The position numbers and the translations under genes are program-made. The notes under the pieces are model-generated. The model did not search any database. It was not told the origin of the DNA and saw only the letters and a list, made by a program, of their open reading frames with translations. From NCBI GenBank assembly GCA_964651245.1, contig CAZYVI010000008.1, positions 51,437-115,436 of the forward strand: a DNA stretch of 64,000 nucleotides. The letters are read 5' to 3'. Positions 48,294 through 58,014 of this stretch are shown here, piece by piece (positions within the stretch are counted from its first letter, which is position 1; each line of letters starts with the position of its first letter). Source of the stretch: an uncultured Anaerolineales bacterium (GTDB lineage Bacteria; Chloroflexota; Anaerolineae; Epilineales; Epilineaceae).

Positions 48294-49163
48294 CTATCGT
48301 GCCACCCGGCCAAGTGGCCACCCGGCCAGTGGCTCAGCGCGCAAGTACTCCTGGTATGTCCGCTCGCGCGCCGTCCTCCGCCACCAGCCGTACTGGATCG
48401 CCATGAGCGGGCCGAGGACGACCATCACCGGGAAGATGGGCAGCTGCACGCCCAGCAACGGCAGCGCGATGAGGCCGCCGATCGCGCCGAGCCCGAGGAC
48501 CAGCGCCGTGAGGCCCGCCCGGCGGCCGAACGCCTTGCGCAGCACCAGCGGAAAGACCGCGGCCATCAGCTGGTCGCCGAGGCCGATGGCGGCGAGCGCG
48601 CCGGGCTCCGCGGTGACCGGCCACATCGTGATCGGCGCGAACGGGCGGCCCTGGAGGGTCGTGAACAGGTGGCCCATGTGCGGCAGGAGCGTCGTGGCCG
48701 TGACGTCGTAAGCGATGAGCAGGCCGCCGAGCAGCGCGGCGTCGCGGGCGCGCATCCCGCTCTGGGCCCAGAGGTTGGCGGCGCCGATGACGGTGACGAC
48801 GAGGACGGCGTTGTTGGCGGCCAGGAACGCGGGATCGGCCGGACCGAGGCGCGTCGCGGCGAGGACGCCGGCGATGCACGCCGCGCTCGCCAGCCAGATC
48901 CATACCCGCCCCCGCAGCACCGGCTCGAACGTCAGGTACAGGATCCCCAGCGTGCCCAACGTCAGGACGCCGATCCCGATCGCCTCGCTCACGCGCAGAT
49001 AGAACATCGGGACCAGGACGATGGCCGTCATCATGAACGCCAGGTCGGCCCCGTTCATCAACCCGATGGGCGGACGTACGACGCGATAACGCCGAAAATA
49101 CGCCCACGCTCCACCGGCCGCGGCGACGACGAAGCCATAGACGACGCACGACGCGGCGGCCAT
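48294..49163 (-). CDS. Presenilin/signal-peptide-peptidase-like GxGD intramembrane aspartyl protease
   Basis: Multi-TM protein with IAYD-x8-HM (48705-48710), AIGLGD (48573-48584) and a PAL-like FPVM. The ATG overlaps the ligase stop (TGATG). Confidence 0.75.
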   Translation of the reverse strand: MAAASCVVYGFVVAAAGGAWAYFRRYRVVRPPIGLMNGADLAFMMTAIVLVPMFYLRVSEAIGIGVLTLGTLGILYLTFEPVLRGRVWIWLASAACIAGVLAATRLGPADPAFLAANNAVLVVTVIGAANLWAQSGMRARDAALLGGLLIAYDVTATTLLPHMGHLFTTLQGRPFAPITMWPVTAEPGALAAIGLGDQLMAAVFPLVLRKAFGRRAGLTALVLGLGAIGGLIALPLLGVQLPIFPVMVVLGPLMAIQYGWWRRTARERTYQEYLRAEPLAGWPLGRVAR

Positions 49164-50644
49164 CAGAACGTGGCCTCGCGCAGGTCGCAGCGCATCGGCA
49201 GCGGTTGCCGCAGCGCATCGCGGTGTTCGGCCAAGTGAAGCGACGTGAGCGGCACGCCCTGCGCCTCCAGCGCCGCGGCGACCACCCGGCGGTCGGCATC
49301 GCCCTGGCCGCGGGTGACGACCTCGACCGCCACGCCGTCGCCGTCCGCCCAGAAGCCGCACCGGGCCGGCAGCGGCACGATCGGCAGCGCTTCGAGCGCC
49401 TCGAGGACATCGCGCGGCGTCGTCCAGCCGGCGGCGTGGCGCACGGCGAAGCGGCGCTTGCCGAGGAGGTCGCTCGTCGCCGGCATGTGGCGGAGACTGC
49501 AATCGAGCGGCCCCGCGACGGCCGTCACGAGGTCCTCGGTGTTGTAGCGCAGCGTGACCATGGCCTCGCGGTACGGCGCGAAGGGTGTGGCGACGAGGAC
49601 GCCGAGCTCGCCGGGTGCGGCGGGGCGGGGGATGGGCGACGCGTCGTCACCGGCGTCGCCAACCGCTCCGCCCTCGGGCAGGCTGTCGATGGCGACGACC
49701 TCGACGAGGCCGTGCCCCGGATCCCAGTGGAGGTGCCCGGCCTCGCACCGGACGGCGCCCAGCGGCCAGGTCTCGGTCATGCCGAAGCCCTCGACGAGCC
49801 GGACGTCGCCGAACGTTTCCCGCGCCCGGCGGCGCAAGCCGTCGGTCACGATCTCGCCGCCCACCGAGAGGGTGGCCAGGCCGAAGTCGGCAGGCCCCAT
49901 CCCGGCCGCCGCGGCGGTTTCGACGAGCTCGCCCAGATAGGAGCTGTACGTGTTGAGGTAGCTGGCGCGCGCCTTCCGGTCTGGCAGTCCGTGCGTCTCG
50001 GTCAGCAGGCGCAGCCCGATCTCGGGCGCCACGAGCCCGGCCTGATACCATACCGCGCCGATCCGCTCGATCGCCCGCGAGAAGTACTGGTTGCCGAGCG
50101 TCGCGCGCGAGCTCGTGCTGACCTGCACGACATCGTCCGGCAGGATGCTACCGCGCTGGAGGAACGTCAGCGCGTTCAGCAGCACGACGGCCTCGACTTC
50201 GTGGGCGGTGAAGTAGGTGTGCGTCGGCCGCCCGGTCGTGCCGGTCGTCGTCGTCCGGAAGGCCGGCGGTGCGCCGCGCCGCACGAACGCCTCGGGCGCC
50301 GCGCGCATCGCCGCCTTGGGTGTCAGCGGCAGGCGGGCGATGTCGTCCCACGTCAGGTGGCCGGGCTGGACGCCGGCGGCGTGGAGCACCGGACCGTAGT
50401 ACGACGTCTCGTCCCGGCCGCGCCGGGCCATGGCGCGAAAGCGCCGCAGTTGCAGATCGCGCCGCATCGCCTCGTCCAGCGGCGGCCCGGATAGCGCCGC
50501 GTCGGCATCGTCCCCAAGCAACCCGAATTTGCGGCGCGTGCTGACGAGCCCCTCGACGAGCGCGGACAAGGCGCGCGTCGAGATCGGCGCGCCGAACAGG
50601 AGCGACGCGGCGTGGCGGAGTTGGGCGACGGCGACTTCGATCAT
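49163..50644 (-). CDS. PaaK/phenylacetate-CoA-ligase-like adenylate-forming enzyme
   Basis: PLTPK, TTGTTGRP (P-loop), VGGE, FGMTE and LRYNTEDL. Confidence 0.85.
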   Translation of the reverse strand: MIEVAVAQLRHAASLLFGAPISTRALSALVEGLVSTRRKFGLLGDDADAALSGPPLDEAMRRDLQLRRFRAMARRGRDETSYYGPVLHAAGVQPGHLTWDDIARLPLTPKAAMRAAPEAFVRRGAPPAFRTTTTGTTGRPTHTYFTAHEVEAVVLLNALTFLQRGSILPDDVVQVSTSSRATLGNQYFSRAIERIGAVWYQAGLVAPEIGLRLLTETHGLPDRKARASYLNTYSSYLGELVETAAAAGMGPADFGLATLSVGGEIVTDGLRRRARETFGDVRLVEGFGMTETWPLGAVRCEAGHLHWDPGHGLVEVVAIDSLPEGGAVGDAGDDASPIPRPAAPGELGVLVATPFAPYREAMVTLRYNTEDLVTAVAGPLDCSLRHMPATSDLLGKRRFAVRHAAGWTTPRDVLEALEALPIVPLPARCGFWADGDGVAVEVVTRGQGDADRRVVAAALEAQGVPLTSLHLAEHRDALRQPLPMRCDLREATF

Positions 50645-50701
50645 GGGGGGCGTCTCGCATCACACGTGCACAGCGGTCGGGAGTCGGCGCCGTGTCAGAC
50701 A

Positions 50702-50751
50702 GCGCGAAGCCCCAGACAGCCCGCGCTGCGGACCCGTCTGGGGCTTCGCGC
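50702..50751. terminator. Perfect 16-bp stem-loop between the small peptide ORF and the ligase
   Basis: GCGCGAAGCCCCAGAC-N18-GTCTGGGGCTTCGCGC. Confidence 0.65.
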
Positions 50752-50823
50752 CGTCGGCCGCTACCGGGTTCAACGTGGCGACGGTGGCCACGTCGGGTGT
50801 TGGGTAGGCGGTCGTCGGTGCGG

Positions 50824-50910
50824 TTACTGCAACACGAGGCCGACGCCGAAGCCGACGTTGGCGATGGAAGCGGCGGCGTAACGGACAAAGGTCAGGGCGG
50901 TGCGGATCAT
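50824..50910 (-). CDS. Unannotated 28-aa peptide (candidate precursor/signal peptide)
   Basis: AGGAGAG-7nt-ATG; MIRTALTFVRYAAASIANVGFGVGLVLQ-TAA. It is too short for the ORF track. Confidence 0.7.
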   Translation of the reverse strand: MIRTALTFVRYAAASIANVGFGVGLVLQ

Positions 50911-50979
50911 GCTTGGACTCTCCTAGATCGTGGGATCGCGGTGCCGCTTCGTTGCGGCCGTTCGTCGTGAACGGGTGCC

Positions 50980-51024
50980 AGAGTACGGGATGTCCCGCGG
51001 TGGGTGGGTAGGGCGAAACCCTAC
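50980..51024 (-). promoter_or_regulatory. Candidate LuxR-activated promoter: palindrome plus -10 element
   Basis: GTAGGG-CGAAA-CCCTAC at 51008-51024 is centred ~43 nt upstream of the +1 implied by TACTCT (50980-50985). No canonical -35 is evident. Confidence 0.55.
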
Positions 51025-51060
51025 TTCGCGCGCGCGCCGCCCTACGTGCCCGTCCCGCAG

Positions 51061-53712
51061 TCACACCGCGTCGGCCGGACCCCCCCGCAGGCGCGCGCGG
51101 CCCCAGCCGGCGATCTCGCGCCGGTTGCCGAGGCCGAGCTTGGCCAGGATGTTAGAGACGTGCTTCTCGACGGCCTTCACGCTCACGGCCATTCGCTCGG
51201 CGATCTCGCGGTTCGTCAGGCCGTGGGTGATCCAGAGGGCGACCTCAAGTTCGCGCGGCGAGAGGCCGCTGTCGTCCGTCGCCGACAGGAGCGGCTCGCC
51301 GGCTCCGTGCGGCGGGGCGGCCGCGGACGGGGCGAGGGTCGCGGGGTGGCTGCGATCGCCTGGCCCTGCACCCGTCTCGGACAGGCGCGCCGCCACGGCC
51401 AGGGCTTCGGCCACGGCTCCCTTGAGGTCGAGCGCCACACCGGTCGCCCAGGCGGACTCGAAGGCGAAGCGGCCGAGTGCGGACCGGAGCGCCGCGATCT
51501 GGTCCTGCTGCAGACGCCGTTCGTGCGGGATCGACACCGTGCCGGTCGATTCCAGCGCCTGGATGCCGGCTGCCGTGAGCCGGGTAGCCACCTTGAGGTC
51601 GTCGATGGAAGGGGGCACTTGCGACGTCATCGTGCGCGGCGGGGTGTTCGGGCCGCCGAACGGACGGAGGACGGGCGTGCCGGCAAGCGAGGCGACGACG
51701 AGCAAGGCGAAGCCGATGGCCTCGGGATCCTCGTGCTCGGCGTGGATCTGCAGGCATGCGTGGACCGTTCGAGCCGCAGACGCGATCTGGCCATCGATGT
51801 GGTCCAGCGTGGCCAAGCCCATCCGACATGTCGCGACGGCGTAGCGAAACTCGACGGCGGCGAATCGCTCAATGGCCTGATCCAGCATCGACCGGGCGTC
51901 CGCGAACCGGCCGGCCAAGAGGGCAACGGCCGACAGAAAGAGACAGCTCCGGCCGACTTCAACGTCGTCGCCGCACTGGCGCGCCAGCACCAACGCTTCG
52001 TCCAGCTCGCTGCGAGCGCGTTTCAGGTCGCCGTCGTGGTACCAGCACAAGCCCCGGCTGTTCGCGGCGGCCACGACATCCCGCGGGCTGCCGCCCGCAC
52101 GTCCGTGTTCGAAGGCTCGGGTGAAGTGGTCGCGGGCAAGGGCATGTTCGCCACGTCCGCAGGCGATGTTTCCCAGATCTCGACAGATTTGCGCGCCGCT
52201 AGCGTGATCGCCATCCGGACCGATCAGGTCCATGGCCGCAGACAAGTGCGACGCTGCCGCCTCATGCTCCATGCGGAACTGCGCGAACAGGCCCAGCGTC
52301 CGATGCGCCTGCGCCCGGTCCATGGGCGCACCCAGTCCTGTTGCCAGCGCCTGCTCCATCCATCGGCGGCCTTCCGTCACGAACAGCTCCCGCAGCCAGA
52401 ACCGACGGAGGCCGACGGCCAGCCGTACGCCCGCAATGCCGTCGTTGCCCGAGTCCAGGCTCCACTCCAGGGCCGCCCGCAGGTTGGCCTGATCGGCGAA
52501 GAGCGCGGCCCGCGCCTCAACGAGGTCGCTTCCTGTGCCCATCAGGTGGGGCTCCAGCCGTTCGACCAGACGCACAAGATACCAGGCATGCGCCCGTTGC
52601 AGCGCCCCAAAGTCACCCGACGCGCGAAGCTTCTCGCGGGCGAAGGCGTGCAGCACTTCGAGCAACCCAAAGCGCGCCACGCCCGCCACCTCGCTTGTGG
52701 ATCGGACGAGGCTCTTGGCGATGAGCCCGTCGAGCGCATCCAAGATGCCGTCGACGGCTAAGACACCGCCGCCACTTGCCGATTCGCCGTTCGCCGCGCC
52801 GCACACGGCCTCGACCGCCTCGAGCGTGAAGCCGCCGTTGAACACGCCCAGCCGCCGGAAGAGGATCTGCTCGGCCTCCGAGAGCAGGTCGTAGCTCCAC
52901 TGCATCGTCGCCGCCAGGCTGCGGTGGCGCTCCGGGCGATCGACGGCGGCGCCGCCGAGCAGGGATAGCCGCTCGTCCACCCGCTGTAGCATGGCCGCCG
53001 GGCTGAGGACGCGCGCCCGGCCGGCCGCCAACTCGAGCGCCAGCGGCAGCCCGTCCAGTTGCCGGCAGAGCTCGACCGTGGCCCGCACGTTCCCTTCGCC
53101 GAGCACGAACGACGGATCGACGGCCTGCGCCCGATCGACGAAGAGGCCGACGGCCGGGTAGCGCCCGATCGCCGGCAGCAGTTCGCCCAGCGGTCGGTCG
53201 CCGAGCTGGTCCAGGTTCGGGAGCGGCAACGGCTCGACAGGCCAGCGCCGCTCGCCGCGCAAGCCGAGCACGGTGCGGCTGGTCACGAGGATCTTGAGCC
53301 CTGGGCAGCACTCGACGAGGGTTGACACTACCGGCGCGGCGTCCGTTACTTGCTCGAAGTTGTCGAGGATAAGGAGCATCGACCGGTCGCCGATCGCTGC
53401 GGCGAGAGCGCCGGCGAGTGCGGGACCGCGCTCCGCGGCAACGCCGAGCACCTCGGCGATGGCCGGGGCGACGAGGTCGGGTACGGTGATCGCGGCCAGT
53501 TCGACGAACCAGACGCCGTCGCTGAAGACGTCGAGAACGTCGTGCGCCACGGCCAAGGCGAGCCGCGTCTTGCCGATGCCGCCCGGGCCGGTGAGGGTCA
53601 GCAGGCCGGAATTGTCGTCGGTGAGCGCCGCCCGGAGGCGCTCGCGGTCGCCCTCTCGGCCGAATAGGGTCGTCCGGTCGATGTGCAGGTTGTGGGTTGC
53701 GTTGACGCCCAC
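51061..53712 (-). CDS. STAND ATPase-TPR-LuxR HTH transcriptional regulator
   Basis: Walker A GPGGIGKT, Walker B LLILDNFEQ, CRQLDGLPLALELA, TPR-like region, and C-terminal LSPRELEV...NREIA...VEKHVSNILAKLG. Confidence 0.93.
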   Translation of the reverse strand: MGVNATHNLHIDRTTLFGREGDRERLRAALTDDNSGLLTLTGPGGIGKTRLALAVAHDVLDVFSDGVWFVELAAITVPDLVAPAIAEVLGVAAERGPALAGALAAAIGDRSMLLILDNFEQVTDAAPVVSTLVECCPGLKILVTSRTVLGLRGERRWPVEPLPLPNLDQLGDRPLGELLPAIGRYPAVGLFVDRAQAVDPSFVLGEGNVRATVELCRQLDGLPLALELAAGRARVLSPAAMLQRVDERLSLLGGAAVDRPERHRSLAATMQWSYDLLSEAEQILFRRLGVFNGGFTLEAVEAVCGAANGESASGGGVLAVDGILDALDGLIAKSLVRSTSEVAGVARFGLLEVLHAFAREKLRASGDFGALQRAHAWYLVRLVERLEPHLMGTGSDLVEARAALFADQANLRAALEWSLDSGNDGIAGVRLAVGLRRFWLRELFVTEGRRWMEQALATGLGAPMDRAQAHRTLGLFAQFRMEHEAAASHLSAAMDLIGPDGDHASGAQICRDLGNIACGRGEHALARDHFTRAFEHGRAGGSPRDVVAAANSRGLCWYHDGDLKRARSELDEALVLARQCGDDVEVGRSCLFLSAVALLAGRFADARSMLDQAIERFAAVEFRYAVATCRMGLATLDHIDGQIASAARTVHACLQIHAEHEDPEAIGFALLVVASLAGTPVLRPFGGPNTPPRTMTSQVPPSIDDLKVATRLTAAGIQALESTGTVSIPHERRLQQDQIAALRSALGRFAFESAWATGVALDLKGAVAEALAVAARLSETGAGPGDRSHPATLAPSAAAPPHGAGEPLLSATDDSGLSPRELEVALWITHGLTNREIAERMAVSVKAVEKHVSNILAKLGLGNRREIAGWGRARLRGGPADAV

Positions 53713-53774
53713 GGATCCAGCCCGCGATGGTACGTGGTTCGCGTATCAGGCAGGATAACGTAGCGGGCAGAGGC

Positions 53775-53811
53775 GGCCAAGGGGGCGTCTGTCGTGGTTG
53801 CCCCCTTGGCC
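53775..53811. terminator. 12-bp stem hairpin downstream of the DGPF gene
   Basis: GGCCAAGGGGGC-N13-GCCCCCTTGGCC. Confidence 0.5.
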
Positions 53812-53840
53812 GTCGAGGCAGTGCTCCACCCTCTGGCCCC

Positions 53841-54272
53841 CTACACCCCCTGCTGCGCCTCCACCTGCGCCCGCAGCCGCTCCTCTTGGGCCTGCAGCTC
53901 CGGCGTGTACTCGGCGCCGAAGTCCTCAGCCTCGAAGACCGGTCGGATCTCGATCACCGAGTCCTCGAGCATCGGGTTCGGGCAGCGCTTGACCCACTCG
54001 ATCGCCTCGTCCATCGAGCGCACCTGCCACAGCCAGAAGCCCGCCACGAGCTCCTTGGTCTCGGCGAACGGGCCGTCGACGACGGTCCGCTTGGGGCCCG
54101 AGAACAGGACGCGGGCGCCCTTCGAGCTCGGGTGGAGCCCTTCGCCGGCCAGCATGATGCCGGCCTTCACCAGCGCCTCGTTGTAGTTGCCCATGTCGGT
54201 CATCAGCTGCTCGCTGGGCATGACGCCCGCCTCGCTGTCGGCCGTGGCCTTGACGATCACCATCACGCGCAT
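53841..54272 (-). CDS. YCII-related DGPF-domain protein
   Basis: GEGLHPSS, VVDGPFAETKELVAGFW and IEIRP; AGGAG RBS. Confidence 0.93.
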   Translation of the reverse strand: MRVMVIVKATADSEAGVMPSEQLMTDMGNYNEALVKAGIMLAGEGLHPSSKGARVLFSGPKRTVVDGPFAETKELVAGFWLWQVRSMDEAIEWVKRCPNPMLEDSVIEIRPVFEAEDFGAEYTPELQAQEERLRAQVEAQQGV

Positions 54273-54333
54273 CTTCGTTCTCCTGGTCGTTGGGGTTCGG
54301 GGGCGAGGCCGCGATCTCGGCCGCTATCCATGC

Positions 54334-54360
54334 GTCGAACGGCGCGACGCGCAATCGACA
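54334..54360 (-). promoter_or_regulatory. ECF42-type promoter TGTCGA-N17-CGAC
   Basis: TGTCGA (54355-54360) and CGAC (54334-54337) on the minus strand upstream of the DGPF gene match the ECF42 consensus as I recall it. Confidence 0.6.
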
Positions 54361-54467
54361 CGATGGGCGACGACATCGCGAAATTCGTCGACGTTCGTCC
54401 GCCGCCTCGGTCGCACCGGCGATGCGCCCCACCTCCCGCGCCGTTGCGCCCCGCCGGCGCGCCGGCG

Positions 54468-55508
54468 CTATTCCGCCCGCGCCAGCCGCGCCGCGATGCG
54501 GCGGGCCATGCCGCGGCGGCGCGGATCGAGGTCGAGCTGGTGGGCGCCGTACTGCAGCAGGATGCGATCGCTCTCGGTCAGCGGCTCGGTGCGGGCCGTG
54601 ATCTCGTCGATGACGCCCCGGAAGTAGGTGCCCCAGTCGGGCCGGCGACCGTCGATGTCGTCGAAACCGTAGGCGTGCGCCAGCGTCCACGAGCCGAAGA
54701 CGCCGCCGGCGCGGGCGCCGACGTGCGGGTCGGCGGCCAGGGCTGCTACGGCGCGGCCCACGAAGCACGGCGTCTCCGACTGCGCGAAGTGACGGTCGGC
54801 GGCGACGGCGTCGCGCCAGTTGGCCTCGGTGACGCCGAAGTGGGCCAGGACCGCCTCGGAGCGCAGGAAGCCCGGCGTCACCGTCAGCGCGGTGACGCCG
54901 GTGCCCGCCAGGTCCTTGGCCATGCTGTAGCCGAGCCGGATCGTGGCCAGCTTCGCGAGGTCGTAGAAGAGCGTCCCGCGGTAGCCGTAGAAGTCGCCGT
55001 CGGTGACCTCGACGATGAGCCCGCTGCCCTGGGCCACCATGAGCGGTGCGCCGTGACGGGCGGTGATGACATGGGTCCAGACGGCCGACTCGAGCATCTG
55101 ACGGCCCTTGGCTAGATCGAGGCACCAGAACGGCGTGTCCCACTCGGTGAGCGGGTCACCGCCCCAGATGTCGTTCACCAGCACGTCGAGCCGACCGAGG
55201 TCGCGCGCCACGCGCTCGAACAGCGCGATCACCTCGGCTTCGACGCCGTGGTCGACCCGCACTGGCACGCCGATGCCGCCCGCGGCATCGACGAGGGCGG
55301 CGGTCTCCTCGATCGTCTCGGGGCGACCGTCGGCGGTCGCCGACGACGACCGTCCGGCGGCGCGGCTGCTGCGGCCGGTGCACACGACGGTGGCGCCGGC
55401 CTCGCCGAGCATCCGCGCGATGCCGCGCCCGGCCCCGCGCGTCGCGCCGGCGACGACGGCGACGCGGCCGGCGAGGGGGCGGGGGTGGGTCGTGGTCGTC
55501 GCGGTCAT
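54468..55508 (-). CDS. Short-chain dehydrogenase/reductase (SDR)
   Basis: Start MTATTT (ATG 55508). Motifs GATRGAGRG, LDVLVND and YDLAK (YxxxK). Confidence 0.92.
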   Translation of the reverse strand: MTATTTTHPRPLAGRVAVVAGATRGAGRGIARMLGEAGATVVCTGRSSRAAGRSSSATADGRPETIEETAALVDAAGGIGVPVRVDHGVEAEVIALFERVARDLGRLDVLVNDIWGGDPLTEWDTPFWCLDLAKGRQMLESAVWTHVITARHGAPLMVAQGSGLIVEVTDGDFYGYRGTLFYDLAKLATIRLGYSMAKDLAGTGVTALTVTPGFLRSEAVLAHFGVTEANWRDAVAADRHFAQSETPCFVGRAVAALAADPHVGARAGGVFGSWTLAHAYGFDDIDGRRPDWGTYFRGVIDEITARTEPLTESDRILLQYGAHQLDLDPRRRGMARRIAARLARAE

Positions 55509-55800
55509 GGCGCCATTGTAGCGTCGCCGCTCCGCGCCGCCCGCCGGCCCCTGGACAGCTGTCGCGCTCCCCTGCCGCGCCCGGCGGGCCGGACTTGACC
55601 CGCGTCGGCCGCGGTGCGCTATAGTGCCGCCGTCCACAGCTCACCCGGTTGCCCGCCAGGAGCCGCCGCGCCCGCCACCCCACGCCCCGGTCCCGCGCCG
55701 ACCGCCATCGAGCAGCCAAGCACCAGGGCTCTCCCAATCGCCCTCCCGCGCGCCGATGCGCCCGTCGCGATCGTCCCGATCCGACGGCCCTGTCGGTCCG

Positions 55801-56068
55801 TGCGCCGGGCACCCCGCGGCGGGTAGCGGCCGACGACGGGGCGGGTGGAGTCGACGAGGTGGAGGTTCCCGGACGCGCCGGGCTAACCCGCGGGCGGTGG
55901 CCGCGGCCGGAGACCCGGCAGCGGACGCCGCGACGGCGATGCGGACAGCGTCGCCGGCGGGGAACATTCGACAGATCGGTGGATGCCTCCTGGGCTGGCA
56001 CGGCCCAAGGTCTGCTCTCCTGAACCCACAAGCCGCCGCCAAAGCCGCCGGGCGACCGGCGGGACAAC
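55801..56068 (+). ncRNA. glmS ribozyme: glmS ribozyme (GlcN6P riboswitch), variant with a large insertion
   Basis: GCGCC at 55802, GACGAGG at 55853, GGAGG (55861) pairing with CCTCC (55986), TCGA-CAGA-TCGG, GGATG, a P3-like stem, and AAAGCCGCCG-GGCGAC-CGGCGGGACAA P4. It lies directly upstream of glmS. Confidence 0.8.
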
Positions 56069-56113
56069 GCGGTCGGCAGTGCGTGCGACACCGAACCGCA
56101 TCAGGAGAGCACC

Positions 56114-57961
<1,848 letters not shown>

Positions 57962-58014
57962 GCCGCCAGCGCCGCCTCGCCGGCCGCCCGGCCGCGCGCC
58001 GATAGGCGGCCGCT

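Noticed and set aside
51008-51024. GTAGGG...CCCTAC as a third REP copy
   Set aside because: It is much shorter, lacks the GGCAC core of the other two elements, and is positioned like an activator site. Kept as an operator candidate instead.
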